Assembly: GCA_038087875.1 (NCBI GenBank)
Contig: CM075987.1
Coordinates: 20,832,001 to 20,896,000, forward strand
DNA from: Malacoraja senta
Taxonomy: Eukaryota
Length of the DNA stretch: 64,000 nucleotides
Direction: 5' to 3'
Every line of letters starts with the position of its first letter. Positions within the stretch are counted from its first letter, which is position 1. The notes below the pieces were generated by a model. The model searched no databases, was not told the origin of the DNA, and saw nothing but the letters and a program-made list of their open reading frames with translations. Position numbers and translations under genes: made by a program. Shown piece by piece: positions 1 to 12,877 of the stretch.

Positions 1-1002
1 GCAATTATTTCAGAGTCCAAGATGCTGAAGAACTGCCGACCTTTCTCTTGAACCAATGACATTTATTTGGTAAAGGTGCTCCTGCAGTCATGTTGTCTTA
101 CACATCGTGGGGTTTGCCCCAGAAACAATGAATAAATATACTTGCCAGACATGTATTACTGCCGGGGTCATTAAGAGCCAGGAGCAACACCATGGCCTTC
201 TAGGTGTTTGCTTAACCATCTGGTGGAGGTTGTTGGCGGTTTATGGAAGCGTTGCCCCACCGCAGCCTTTGAAATACCGGGCCTTGAAATTGCTAGAAAA
301 TGTAGCCCACACAGTTTATCTCGCCAAATGCAAACCCAACTGAAAACTCTGCAATCATGAGCACACATCCCAATTTCTGGTTTCATTAGTAAAAGCAAGG
401 TCATTGATGAGATTGCTGAAGGTCAAGGATTCTGCTCTAAACCATTTCCTGCAATGATGTCAAAGGCCGAGATGATTGCCCACTAACAGGGTCTCACTTC
501 ATCTACCACCAGAATTTTCTCATTGATCCCCTGCAACTATTTCTCCTTGATCCCCTGTACTACCTGATGTCAAATAATTTCACATCGGAGCAGTCTATCT
601 TAACGCTGGAACTTTGTTTCCATTTATATGAAGACCTAGGGGCATAAACCAGGTCAGAAGCAGAAGAACCCAATTAAGCATTAAAAAGAAAGTCATTGGC
701 TATTACTGGATCTTCCATCACTTTGCTGATGAATAAGTGTAACCAATCAAACCAGTCAATGGTTAGGGTCACTGAATGCAAGCAGGACATACCTGGTCAA
801 ATCTCCACTTTGAGGAGTTACTAGTCATGCAGCTGTGGTGAATACATTTAACATAAAGTGTAGCTAGTCCTTTTTAGTCCTCAGTATTACAGCTGAGATA
901 TTATCAAGGCTCTTGGCCTTTGCAATAGTGGGACACGAATTTGCTGAAAAGCACTTTCCACGCTACGGCAGTATTAAAGGAGGAAACAGCTGATTGTTTG
1001 AA

Positions 1003-1134
1003 GTCTGAAGAAGGGCCTCGACCCGAAACGTCACCCATTCCTTCTCTCCAGAGATGCTGCCTGTCCTGCTGAGTAACTCCAGCATTTTGTGTCTACCTTC
1101 GATTTAAACCAGCATCTGCAGTTCTTTCCTACAC
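1003..1134 (+). mobile_element. Short Penelope pLTR-derived insert with minimal hammerhead core (1005-1032)
   Basis: CTGAAGA-AGGGCCTCGACCC-GAAACGTC; flanked by direct repeat CAGCTGATTGTTT (987-999 / 1135-1147). Confidence 0.8.
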
Positions 1135-1845
1135 CAGCTGATTGTTTCAAGCAGATAACCTGCCATCAAACTTGAAAACCATGAAAAATCAACTAATTCA
1201 AAAGAATCAGAACAAAAAAGGTGTTCAGTTAAAGAAAGATTAAGCTTCAGTTAAATTCGACCAATTCTTCATCCAGTTTTATCTCACTGATGTTGATTTC
1301 ACAAAAATTATGGTTCTCTTTGATTTTTATTATCTCCTCTCACGAAGGATATTAACTTGGCTGTTCTTTCCAGTGGAGCTGATGAAGCTGCCACCGATAT
1401 AAACAGGTTTTCCAGTTGTTCTCTGTGCGGTTTCATACAAATCAACCACCATCTTTCTGCCAAAATTCTGGTGCACTTAATGACACTAATTTTTCAGCAG
1501 CGAGTTACAATGCACTGACCTCTACCTGCTCTTGTTTTATTTAAATATGCAAGTCTTATAATTTGCCCAGTTTTGGTGAACAGGATATTTTTTTGAAAAT
1601 TTATCACATTTTCAGATGGATGTCAATTTTGTAACGATACCGAAAAATATTTGGCAGCTTCAGACTGCAGGTCTTTAAAATGCAGCTGGGTTGCTGTCTG
1701 TTCTTTGTCTAGTGGTCTCAGTTGTTTCCGAATAGCACATGTAATTAATTGGCTCATCTGAAGACTGACTTTTGTGTTGTCAACAATTTCAAGAGAACGC
1801 ATGTGGATTGTTCACATGGCATTTCTGATTTACTGATATATCTTG

Positions 1846-2195
1846 TCATCGGAGTCGATTCAGCCCATCAGGTCTGATCTACCTTTCACAGAATGAATCC
1901 ATTAGTCCCATTCCCCTCATTTCTCCTGTAATTCTGCAACTCATTCTCCCTCCCATACTCATACATTCCCCAAATTTGGTTCTTTTGCTATTGACCTATT
2001 CTAAAGGCACAATTTACAGCAGCCAATTAACCTAACAGCACATCTTTGAAGTGTGGAGGGAAACTGAAGCACGTGGCAGAACCCCACATACACTGGGAGA
2101 ACAAGCAGACTCAAAAGAGAACCTCAGCTCAAGGTCAGACCCAAGACCCTGGAGCTGAGAGGCAGCAGTTCCAACTACTGTGCCACCAGGCCATT
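1846..2195 (-). mobile_element. Degraded HE1/V-SINE
   Basis: Reverse complement of V-domain and tRNA-head sequence, similar to the copy at 62905-63200; boundaries approximate. Confidence 0.7.
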
Positions 2196-3525
2196 GTGTG
2201 GGCATCATTGTCTTAGCACTCACGTGCTGAGATTAGGGGCATTGTGAAGCTGCTTTCTGCCGTTAGCTGTGAAATCGGAGGAACCGTTGACTGACATTTC
2301 AAGTCAGTTGTGATGTGGGGAAGTGTGTAGGTAAGAATTGAAAATTTATAAATCCAGTTCTAATAGTTCTGCAGTGTAAAAAATCTTGCTCCTGGAAAGC
2401 TCTTTTCATGCAGAATACCAGGATGGAACTCCTGACTTGACAGTAATGAGAAAAGTGCTGATTTTGAGTTTATAGATTGTGATGCATGCTTCTTCTGCAG
2501 CTACTGATGCCTCTGGTCTAATTCTGCTTGATGATACTAATTCGACCTCCCTTAGGCGTAGAATGGAAGACACAAGCACACAAGTTGTCAGGAGGATAAG
2601 GGAACCAGATTTAGCAATAGGAATGAATAGAATTGGCTGGCTGATGACTTCCTGAAACGGAACTAAAAATGTATTAGTATAAAGGAGAGGCTCCCTCTTT
2701 CACATATATTGAGGTACTGCACACAGGGAACTTACTTTTAAATATTGGCCCCAAGATATGCAATATTTTTTCAGGAACGATACAAACATTTGCACAGAAT
2801 ATCTCATCAAAGGAATAGAATGATAGGTCACTCAATCCCTCATGCTTATTCTTCCAATTATTAGACCATAAACCAAAATCCAGTTGTCCATGTAATAACC
2901 AGAGTTTGCAACTTGAACGGCATTATTACAGCTTGGTTATGTATATAGAATGGTCTTTGTGCTGTGGTTCTGAGCGCAAAGTGGAGCAGTAGAGGTGTGT
3001 ACAGGGTCCCAGCCTTCCAGTGTACTTTTTGTGAAGAGGTCCAACTTACTTTCCAGTAGGGGACCAGTGTGTTCAAAGCCATCAAGAGATATTCTGGAAG
3101 TAATATTATTTATTTTTTTTGGAGTGGGAAACGATAGGTCTTTAAAACTACCACCAAGTGGACAGAACCAGTTCCAATTGGATGGTCAGTATTTTTAATA
3201 GCTTTGAGACAAAAGTAAAATGAGAACGACTAGGTGAATAAAATGAACTCAATGAGGGCCTAAAGGCAGGCAAGGAAAATTAAGTGGCGAATGGGTTGGG
3301 ATTTTTGGCATCATATTCAGCACATTGTGGGCTGAAAGGCCTGTTCTTGTGTTGCACTGTTCTATGTACGATTCAGGGGTGATTGACGTATAATGCAGAA
3401 GCCAACCAATGCATAAAATAGAATAAAATGTACATTTCATGAGTTCTCTCAAGTCATGATAAATTAATGTAGGACTATGATTGCACATTATGCAATATGT
3501 CACTCAGAGAGCATATGCAGATACT

Positions 3526-3650
3526 CGTTTAAGAAAGAACTGCAGATGCTGGAAAAATTGAAGGAAGACAAAAATACTGGAGGAACTCAGCGAGTGTGGC
3601 AGCATCTATGGAAAGAAGGAATAGCCGACATTTTGGGTCGAGACCCTCCC
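3526..3650 (-). mobile_element. Penelope pLTR-derived short repeat, hammerhead core destroyed
   Basis: Homologous to 1003-1134, but the minus strand reads CGGAGGGAGGGTCTCGACCCAAAATGTC. Confidence 0.75.
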
Positions 3651-3688
3651 TCCGTTTGCTCCCCCAACACCCAAAAATATTGGCTCAC

Positions 3689-3860
3689 CCAAACCCTCCG
3701 GCACTAGCAGCTGCTGTTCCTTCACCAAACACTTTGCTTCCTGAAGAACCCATTGGAGATAAAAAGCCTGGCGCCCCACCAAACGCTGGTGATCCACCGA
3801 AGGATGGGCCACCCCCGAACGCTGGAGGACTTCCAAACACTGGAGCAGCGCCAAAACTAC
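3689..3860 (-). CDS. NUP214: NUP214 exon ~33 (172 nt), FG region
   Basis: [56 protein letters not shown]; CAG/GTGAGC. Confidence 0.97.
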
Positions 3861-4271
3861 CTGAGCAGAACAGAAGAGCGAGATATCACGATGGAGGAAT
3901 TACAAGACATAATCATTCCATTACCAAACTATTCCATATAAAACAGTGGGGATGGCATGCAGCAGAATGGATGCTCTGGCACAGGCAGGATGATGGGAGG
4001 TAAAGAATGAGTTATGGATGAGGTCAAAATGACAAGGGAAGTGTCAAAGGAAGAATCAAATATCTCAGGACTGGGATCTTGTGTTGACAAATTTAAAATA
4101 TTCATGTAAATTATTTACTAGACAATTTTTTTGTGGTTATTTCAAAAATATCAGTCAACAAGATTTTTCTCAATGATTTGATTAGAATTAGAATTCTATT
4201 ATAGGCAGTGTCTTTCAAACCACTTTCCAATCCCAAGCAAAACAGAGCATTTCTCCAAGATGGTTGCGTGG

Positions 4272-4870
4272 AATACAGCATGGAAACAGGACCTTTGGCC
4301 CATCAAGACCATGCCGACCAGCAATCGCCCATACACTATTTCAATCCTACACGAGGGACAATTTACAGAAGCCAATTAACCTACAAACCTGCACTTCTTT
4401 AGAATTTGGGAGGAAATCAGAGCCCCCTGGAGAAAACGCACGCAGTCACATGGAGAATGTGCAAAGTCTATATAGACAATAGACAATAGGTGCACGAGTA
4501 GGCCATTTGGCCCTTCAAGCGTGAAGACATTCAATGTGATCATGGCTGATAATCCCCAATCAGTACCCCATTCCTGCCTTCTCCTCATATCGCCTGACTC
4601 CGCTATTTTTAAGAGCCCTATCTAGCTCGCTCTTGAAAGCATCCAGAGAACCTGCCTCCACCGCCCTCTGAGGCAGAGAATTCCACAGACTCACCACTCT
4701 GTGAGAAAAAGTGTTTCCTCGTCTCCGTTCTAAAAAAAGTGTTTCCTCGTCTCCGTTCTAAAAATGTGTTTCCTCGTCTCCGTTCTAAGGCTGTATAGGC
4801 AGCACCCGTAGTCGGGAATGAACCCGGGTCTCTGGTTCTGTAAGGTAGCAACTCTACAGCTGCGCAACTC
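4272..4870 (-). mobile_element. HE1/V-SINE interrupted by a CR1 3' fragment (about 4473-4787)
   Basis: SINE tail and V-domain at 4272-4472, tRNA-derived head at 4790-4870; the insert has an (ATTGTCT)n tail and encodes the ETRKHFFSQR...GYGEKAG-type ORF2 C-terminus. Confidence 0.8.
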
Positions 4871-4963
4871 TGGTCTTTCATTATATTCCCAAAAACACAG
4901 CCTCCTCTTCCATCGATCGCCTTTCTGGAAGATGCCACCATGCCTCAAACGACCCATCCTAAC

Positions 4964-5119
4964 CTGCAGGTTTTGCTGGACTGGAAAAGGAGCCAAATCC
5001 TTGGGCGGCAACACTGGATCCAGCACTGAACGAGCCTGGAGACTTCTGATCTGATCCAAAAGTGGCAGGGTTAAATCCAAACGCCTTAGCACCACTGTTG
5101 CCAAACAGATTGGGTGAAT
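4964..5119 (-). CDS. NUP214: NUP214 exon ~32 (156 nt), CRM1-binding FG region
   Basis: [51 protein letters not shown]; CAG/GTTAGG. Confidence 0.96.
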
Positions 5120-5629
5120 CTGTAAAGAGCATACACATCATCAGAGCTACAAATCAAACCCACTTGGCATCATTCTCCAAATTTATATCCTATCATATAT
5201 TTTGTCCAACTGATTTCAGCAGATCTCACTATTGGTTTGTGATTTAAGAGACAGGATAGTTTTGCTAGCTCTGTGCCTTTCCCCTTTTAACCTCCCTGCT
5301 GAATGACAGGTAATTTCACACAGTAGGACTTTTCAAATGGGGAGTGAGGCCTAATATGATAATTTGATTTTCACTGGATGAACTTACAATTTCAAATAGT
5401 TTTAAGCCCTAGGTGTCAGGTGTTATCTGAACGTTGGTGCTTCCATCAATATGAAAATACGTTAAGTGGCAGGCTAGAATATGTACTTACAGCCTTGAAA
5501 GCAAAATATAATGGATCCAAAATCTTCTTTGTTTCTCTCTCCCTGCTGTCTGATCTGCTGAGTATTTCCAGTATCTTGTTTCCATTTCAAACTGTCAACA
5601 TTAGCAGTTTTTAAATATTTTCAACTACA

Positions 5630-6660
5630 AAGGGCTACGGGTAGACTACATGAATGGACAAAGATCTGGCAAATGGAGAACACAATGCAGTTATATCAGA
5701 TATTGTCCTTGTTGGTAGGAAGAATAAAAATGCTTTTCACCCAAGATGTGACAGGAACAGAGCTCTGAGATGCAGGGGATCCAAGTACCGCAATTTGCAG
5801 AAGCTAATATGTGGGTACAGCAATTAATTACCAATGTAACTTTATATTTCCCAGGAAATTGGACACAAAATTATGCTTCATATTTCATTTTATAGTGATT
5901 AGTCATGAAACCACATCAGAACACATTGGTTGCATTATTTAAACAGGTTAAAGTAATACCAAAAAATTGAAAGAAGATTTACTGTACTAATATCTGGAAT
6001 GGATGTTGTCTTGAAAGGAAAGTTTGGACGACCTGCGCTTGCTTTATTTACTAGAATTTTAAAAGGTGGGGGGGGACATGTTTCAAATAGACAAGTTCCT
6101 GAGGGATTTTGACAGGGCAAATGTGGAGATGATGCTTCCTCTTGTGGGAGATCCCAGAAGTAAGGGGTTACTGTTAAAAATTAAGGGTCTGAGATAAGTC
6201 CATTCAATTATTTTTCTCTATCAATCGTCCAGGAGTCTTTGAAATTCTTTTCCTCAGAGGACTGTGGAAGCAGGCTTTCAATATTTCATACGGACATAAG
6301 CAGAATTAGGCCATTCGGCCCATCAACTCCACTCCGCCATTCAATCATGACTGATCTATCTCTCCCCTCCTAACCTCGAACCATTCTCCTGCCCATAACC
6401 TCTGACATCTGTACTAATCAAGAATCTATCTATCTCTGCCTTAAAAAATATCCACTGACTTGGCCTCCACAACCTTCTGTGGCAAATAATTCCACAGATT
6501 TACCATCCTCCGACTAAAGAGACAATGGCAGATGGATTCTAGATAAGGTGAAATATTATTTGGATAGGCAGGAATGCAGAGTTGAGGTTATGTTCAGATT
6601 AGCCATTATTTTATTGAACATTGGAGCAGGCTCAGAGTGAAACAGCCTTTTCCTGTTCCT
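5630..6660 (+). mobile_element. Old degraded CR1 fragment containing an inverted CR1 3' tail (about 6295-6520)
   Basis: Remnants of the WTKIWQM and RTRGHSLKI regions; boundaries approximate. Confidence 0.55.
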
Positions 6661-8794
6661 AATTTATATGCAATTTTGAAGCAGCATTACTAAATTATAG
6701 ATTACTTGCCACTTTGAAATGAATTAAGCATCTCCAGTTTTCAATACTGTATCATTGGCAGCCAACATGGAAAATTGTCCAGTTGCAGTCTGTTCAATGT
6801 AACTTCCGCCAAATTGTCCTCCTCTCAATTATGCACAAAGTGTTAATACACCCCACACCAATGCCAACTTTGGGGTTTTCCATGACAACTTGGCACCAGA
6901 ACTCATCACATTCTTGATCCAAACGTGGAATAGAGCTATATTCCAGATGTGAAGCGAGAATGTCCGTCTTTGACCAAGTTTGACATCGAGAGCCCTGATA
7001 TTGCTGTTGTCAATGGAGTCAGGCTTTATCCATGGGGGAAAATGATTACAGCTTTTGATGGGCAAAAGTTACTCAGGGCATTATGTCGGAACTGACTATT
7101 TTCAGCAGTATCAAAGACCCTGCTTCCACAAATCTGAAATGAGAATGTTTTTTGAGGTTGCACCATGCTCTACTCCATTCAGAATTTATTAGCAAATGAT
7201 GCAAAACAAAAAGGCCAAAGCTTTCCTTTCCTCAGAAAACGGCTGATCCTTTGTCCCAGACCCATTTTCAAGCATCAATCCCAAAACGACAACTCCCTTA
7301 ACATTTACAAATCTATCAATCTATCTTGAGCATACTAACTGAGACTCCACAACTCCCTTGGATAGAGAATTACAAAAGTTCACTCCCCATGGCAATTTTT
7401 CTTCTCATCTCTGTCCTGAATTGCTGACCCTACATTTTGAGGATGAACCCAAATTTTACACATCCCAAGAAACACAAGGATAGGTTTATGCAAAAAGAAA
7501 AAGATTAGTAAAATTTAATGCAAGGCACTGAGATTGAAGAAATTATATTAGTGACTAAGAGAAATTGTTTCTGTTTTGACTAAGGACACAAAACCAATAC
7601 CTGGAAATTGTGATGTACTACAAGTCTTGTCTAAATGCAGCATTCAAAGAAATTAGAATTTTAATAAAACTCTATTCATCTGAAATGCTCGGAACTTTTA
7701 TAGTGCCAGACAAGCTGATTTTCCAGAATACTATATGTTATTCTCATTAATAACCCAACCCACTTCAAAAACTTCCACTGCGGAATAACAAATTCACCAG
7801 TGAACCCAGTAAAGGAAACTTAGGAACTAGGGCCCTGGTAAGTGAAATGGAGTGCAGGAGCCAAGACCCCACTAAGTGAGGCAGATACTGAACCATTGGG
7901 ATTTTTGAATAGAGCAATAGCACACAGAGTATTATTGTATTTTTTTTTTTAAGTAGCACCGGAAAAATTAACAGGGAAAGAGAGCTGTTAAATCCATGGA
8001 ATACGATGACCAGCATCCTTGCAGTTTAAAAGAGGCCGCTATAGAAATAGTAGATGTATCAGATGTCACCGTCCAAAATTCCACTGGAATTTAATTTGGG
8101 AAATTATGAGGTAATGCACTTTGGCAAGAAGTGTCAAAAGATGGATTATTTTCTAAACGGAGTGAGACTGCAAATGAGTGACATTCAGAGGGATCTGGGT
8201 GCTCCAGTGCATGACTTACTAAATAAATGGGAGCAGAGTTAAGCATCCAAGAAAGGATAATTGACAAGGATTGATAAACCCACAACTTTTAATTTATATA
8301 GCATCGCTGATAAAAGTGGATAAGATTTAGCCAAGATTGCTGCTTTTGGCAAATGTTTAAATGGGTAGTCTCTAAAACATACAGAACAAGACACAGGATC
8401 AAACCAAGTTACAAGTACAATTTTTCTCATTTTTATCATAAGCTATCAGTTAAAAAAAACTTTATTTCTACAGCTATTTGCACAATGTCCAAAAGTGTAG
8501 TCACAGTTCAATATGAAACACAGTCAATTTGTGTCCAGACAGCTCTGACAAAAAGTTACGAGAAAATGCCATAATGATTTATTTGATAATGTTGGTTGAG
8601 GAGAAATGCAGAGAAAAGTTGCTAGCTGCTTTAAATAATACAATATGACCTTAAAAATCCATTCAAGAGTCCAGGTATGACTTGATTTAGTGTTTCATCT
8701 AAAAGATGGCACCTCGAACATTTAGCACAACGTCACCTTAGAATTTGTCCTCAGATGGCTGGATTGGAAATTTAAGCCGACAACATTCAGAATT

Positions 8795-9320
8795 GCCTGA
8801 GGGACCCTCGGACAATCTTTGATCGGACTTTACCTTGCATTAAATGTTATTCCCTTATCATGCATCTGTACACCGTGAATGATTCGATTGTAATCATGTA
8901 TTGTCTTTCCACTCGCGGGTTAGCACATAACAATAGCTTTTCACTGTACTTCAGTACATGTGACAATAAACTAAACTGAACGCTTCTTCTACGGGTACTG
9001 ATCTACACCTTCAATTGGGGACTAGTTTATAACCTCAATCTGGAACTTCTTATCCAAGTTAGCCTTTCAACAACTACGTCACAAACTTGCAATATTTCGT
9101 GAGGTAGATTGAAGGGCTGGATCGTACTCAAGCTGATGAGAGGACCTTTCAGTTGCCTGATAACAGCTGGGAATAAACTGTCCCTGAATCTGGAGAAATG
9201 CATTTTCAAACTTCTGTACCTCTTACTTGATGAGAAAGGGGAGAAGAGGGAGTGAACAGGGTGACACTGGTCCTTGATTATGCTGGTGGCCTTGCTGAAG
9301 CAACATGAAGTGTAAATGGA
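8795..9320. mobile_element. Two Rex1/Babar-type 3' end fragments (+ at 8795-8980, - at 9090-9320)
   Basis: Both match the 3' end of the LINE at 56850-57254 (KATSIIKD..HP.HSLFS...RYRSLK motif; CAATAAACTAAAC tail). Confidence 0.75.
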
Positions 9321-9434
9321 AGGGAGAATGTCCTCAAGCAAATTAATCAGATCAGCTACATTAACACACAAATTCTGAATACCAACTCCCTCCCTTGAAC
9401 CATGCAAGTCCCCAAGACAAAAACTTTAACTTAC

Positions 9435-9567
9435 TTGGAGAGTCAACGGTTCCAAAATTTATTTGACCAAATGGATTTTTAGCAGCTGCATCCAGGTTTG
9501 GCTTCCCTCCCAGTCCACTGAAGAATCCAGCCCCAGCACCTGAGCCAAAGACTGCTCCCTTAGGACT
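9435..9567 (-). CDS. NUP214: NUP214 exon ~31 (133 nt), FG region
   Basis: SPKGAVFGSGAGAGFFSGLGGKPNLDAAAKNPFGQINFGTVDSP; CAG/GTAAGT. Confidence 0.95.
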
Positions 9568-10235
9568 CTGTGGAATTAAGGAATAGCGATAATTCAGCAA
9601 ACACCCCTTCCATCTTTTGACAAATTAATCTAGCAATAAAATTTATACAGCAGAAATGTTTATAGCCACGAGATATCAACTGGTCACAGATGCTCAAGTG
9701 CAATGCGAATACTTAAAATTTCACACCGAGCCACAAAGTAATTTTAGAACAAATGGGCAATAACGTAGAGACATGGAGCAGGAAGAAGGTAGAGATCGGA
9801 GAGATTGGGAGGGGTACTCCAGAGAAAAGGTTAAAGGCAGCTGAAAATTCAGTAGCCAAGCCTGGTACAAATAAATCCAAGTGCTTGTACTTGGGGAACT
9901 CAAATTCGTGAAGGATATTGGAAATTTGAGAAGGGGAAACCAAAAACCATAGAGGAACCTGTAAAGAATGATGAGAATTTTCAAACAGTCATCGCTAAAC
10001 CAGGAGCCAAAGTAGGTCATTGGTCACATAGTGTTAGGATTCAGGAAACAGTTTTAAATAAGTTGCTATACATTAGGTATAGCAGAAAGTTCTAATCAAG
10101 ATCTTCTCTTGCAACGACCCATCAGCAACACCAGCACAGCAATCAAGAAATAGAACATTAGTAAATAGGAAGACGCGCGGAAGTAAATAGGTTTCAGACT
10201 TAATGGTACAAAAGACCACAAAATTATTTGACTTT

Positions 10236-10930
10236 ATAGATAGATATGCCTTTATTGTCATTCAGACCGAAGTCTGAACGAAATTGCAGCAGTCATACAT
10301 ATAATACAATAAAAACAACAATAAACACATATTAACATCCACCACAGTGAGTCCACCCAGCATCTCCTCACTGTGATGGAGGCAAAAGTCTTAGGTCTGC
10401 AGTCTCTTCCCTCCTCTTCCCCCTCTGCGCTGAGGCGATACCCCCCGGGCGATGTTATAAATCAGTCCCGCGGCTCAAACACCGCGGCCCGGGGTGGTCG
10501 AAGCTGCCGCCCACCAGTCCTGCAGACGCAGCCACTGGCCCGCGGCCGAACCCCGGACTCAGGCCACCACCGCCAGAACACCGTCCCAGCCACCCTCACG
10601 TGAGTACCGTGCCGTCTTCAGCCTCGGGCTGGGCCGCCCCGACATGGGCGCCGAACCTCCCCCGGGCCGGGCCGCCCCGACATGGGCGTCGCTTCTTCCC
10701 CGGGCCGGGCCGCCCTGACTTGGGTGTCGCTTCTCCCTCTGGCCGGGCTGTCCCGACTTGGGCGTCGCTTCTCCCCCCGGCCGGGCTGCCCCGACTTGGG
10801 CGTCGCTTCTCCCTCTGGCCGGGCTGCCCCGACTTGGGCGTCGCTTCTCCCTCCGGCCGGGCCGCCCCGACATGGGCGCCGAACCTCCCTCGGGCTGCGA
10901 GCGCCGCACCTCCCCGAGCTCGGCCGCTCC
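10236..10930 (-). mobile_element. GC-rich non-autonomous retroposon-like element with internal minisatellite
   Basis: Ends in CAATAAAGGC(ATCT)n; hairpins at 10261-10278 and 10343-10375. Confidence 0.65.
10628..10892. repeat. GC-rich minisatellite, unit about 39-40 bp, about 7 copies
   Basis: Unit approximately GGCCGGGCYGCCCCGACWTGGGCGTCGCTTCTCCCTCT. Confidence 0.9.
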
Positions 10931-11038
10931 AAATTATATGCCACATTGCTTTACATTGCATCCACATATGCTTAAGTTCACTTTAGACATATTGCAAGGG
11001 ATGCGAGAGGAGAAGTCAGCAATTTCAACTTCAACCGT

Positions 11039-11131
11039 GTAGGAAGAAACTGCAAATGCTGGCTTACACCAAAGATGGACACAAAATGCTGGAGTAAAGC
11101 AGCAGAACAGGCAGCATCTCTGGATAGAAGA
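11039..11131 (-). mobile_element. Penelope pLTR-derived short insert, truncated before the hammerhead core
   Basis: Homologous to 1040-1134; perfect 12-bp TSD AACTTCAACCGT (11027-11038 / 11132-11143). Confidence 0.8.
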
Positions 11132-11746
11132 AACTTCAACCGTCATTTACATGATCAGTCCAGTTGTCATTATAGTTCTGTGATGGTAAAACTCTTGCCT
11201 AGTTAGCACTGCATCCCTTAAAATACAAATGCACACTTAATGAAGTGCAATTCTCAGACTGAACACACTGCACTAAGTGGATCTTATCTAGAGCCTTACA
11301 TAATGAGTCCCCATCCTCCGCTGAACAAGGCCAATAGTCTATAGTCTTCATTTTCTTTTAACATATCTACTACTTAACCCCTTTGGTACGTTAAACGCCT
11401 TAACCTCTGAGCTGTTAGCTATTTTTCATTTGCCAATTTTTTTTGCAAACCAAACCTGTTGAGTTACTCAAGCACTTTGTGTCTTATTTTGTAAATCAGC
11501 ATCTGCAGTGCCTTGTTTCTATGTTTCACGTCTCGACAATGAATGACAGATATGAGCCGAAATCTCTAATGTTAATCCCATTTCTCTCTAAAGTTGATGT
11601 CTGTCTTATTGATAAATCCAACAATTTACATTTTGTTTATAGATTTTCACCAATTCTTTTCTGCTCAGGAACCTTGTGATTTGATGACCAGCTCCAGTAT
11701 GACCGGGATTCAACTTGGCTGGGTTTCAAAGTTTACAGATCTTTAC

Positions 11747-11808
11747 CTGACCAAATACGGCGCTGGAGCTTGCAGGCTGACCAAACACAATCGGAGAAAC
11801 ACCAAAAC
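11747..11808 (-). CDS. NUP214: NUP214 exon ~30 (62 nt), FG region
   Basis: FGVSPIVFGQPASSSAVFGQ; TAG/GTAAAG; phase 1 to 0. Confidence 0.9.
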
Positions 11809-12877
11809 CTAAGAGTGACAAGAAATGGTATTTCAGAGAGGAAATTCAATTCACAAAGGCAATATAAACTTAATTGCAAATGGTTGAAACACAGGCTAAA
11901 ACTTACTTAGTAATAAAGCCGTAAGCTTATTTGGGTTATTTACTATGTCATTCTTTTATATTGGCATTTGGGTAGATATGAATTATGCAGTGTAGAAGAC
12001 AACCACAGCAGGTCTCTGAGGGAAAAAATCCACTTCCTTGATCTCTTCCTCTCCCCTCCCCCCATCTTGAAAATCTTCTCCTTATGGTAATTATTCCACT
12101 TCCTTTTGAAGCATACAATCAATTACCCTTTCAGACATTGCAATCAGTCATTATCAATCTTCAACAATTATTTTAAATTATTGTCTGTACACCTCACTGT
12201 ACTGGATTTTATCCTTAATTGCATGTTTTTGAAGTTGTGTTTGAACTTATTTGACACAATTTCATCAATTCAGCAGTGAAAACAGTTGATGAAAGGTTTT
12301 GCCTATTCACTCAGGAAGATATGTTCAACACTTCTATTAAATCCCCCCTTAACTTTGCTCCAACCTCAGCTTCTAAGGCATTGCCACATACATTAAATTG
12401 TTCAAATTCGTGGTGCCATTCTCATAAATAAATAAATATACTCTTCATGGCCCAGATATCCTTCCTAGAATAATGTTTACAATTGGATGCATCCACCAAT
12501 AGTAAAGATGACATAGGACCTGTGCATTTAAATAAAATTATCATTCTACTTTGGATTCTTCTTTAATTAACATAAATCCAAACATAACAGTAAACAAACT
12601 GAAAGAATATTCACTATGGCTTGTGCTTTTGAACATTGATGCGTGTGAACTGTACCCTGGAAATACATTAAAATATTTTGTGCTACAATATACCTTCCAG
12701 CAGATTTAACTGTTTTTTCACTGCTGAATTGACGAAATTGAGCCAAACAAGTTCAAATACTACTTCAAAAACATGCAATTTAGGATAAAATCAAGTACAG
12801 TGACAATTTTGCCTTGTCTTTCTGAAGAGTTGAACCAAGGCAATCTACTCTCTCTCTCTCTCAAGAAGAAGATTTGC

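Noticed and set aside
1-3688. Search for the final NUP214 exons (34-36)
   Set aside because: No FG-coding segment with splice sites was found, so they presumably lie beyond the window's left edge. The ORFs here appear spurious or derived from old repeats.
10628-10892. Regularly spaced repeats (also 4711-4787 and 40597-40697) as a CRISPR-like array
   Set aside because: No unique spacers, vertebrate intron context and no cas genes.
10373-11042. Many overlapping R/P/G-rich ORFs on both strands
   Set aside because: Artefact of a stop-poor GC-rich minisatellite; no splice context or protein motif.
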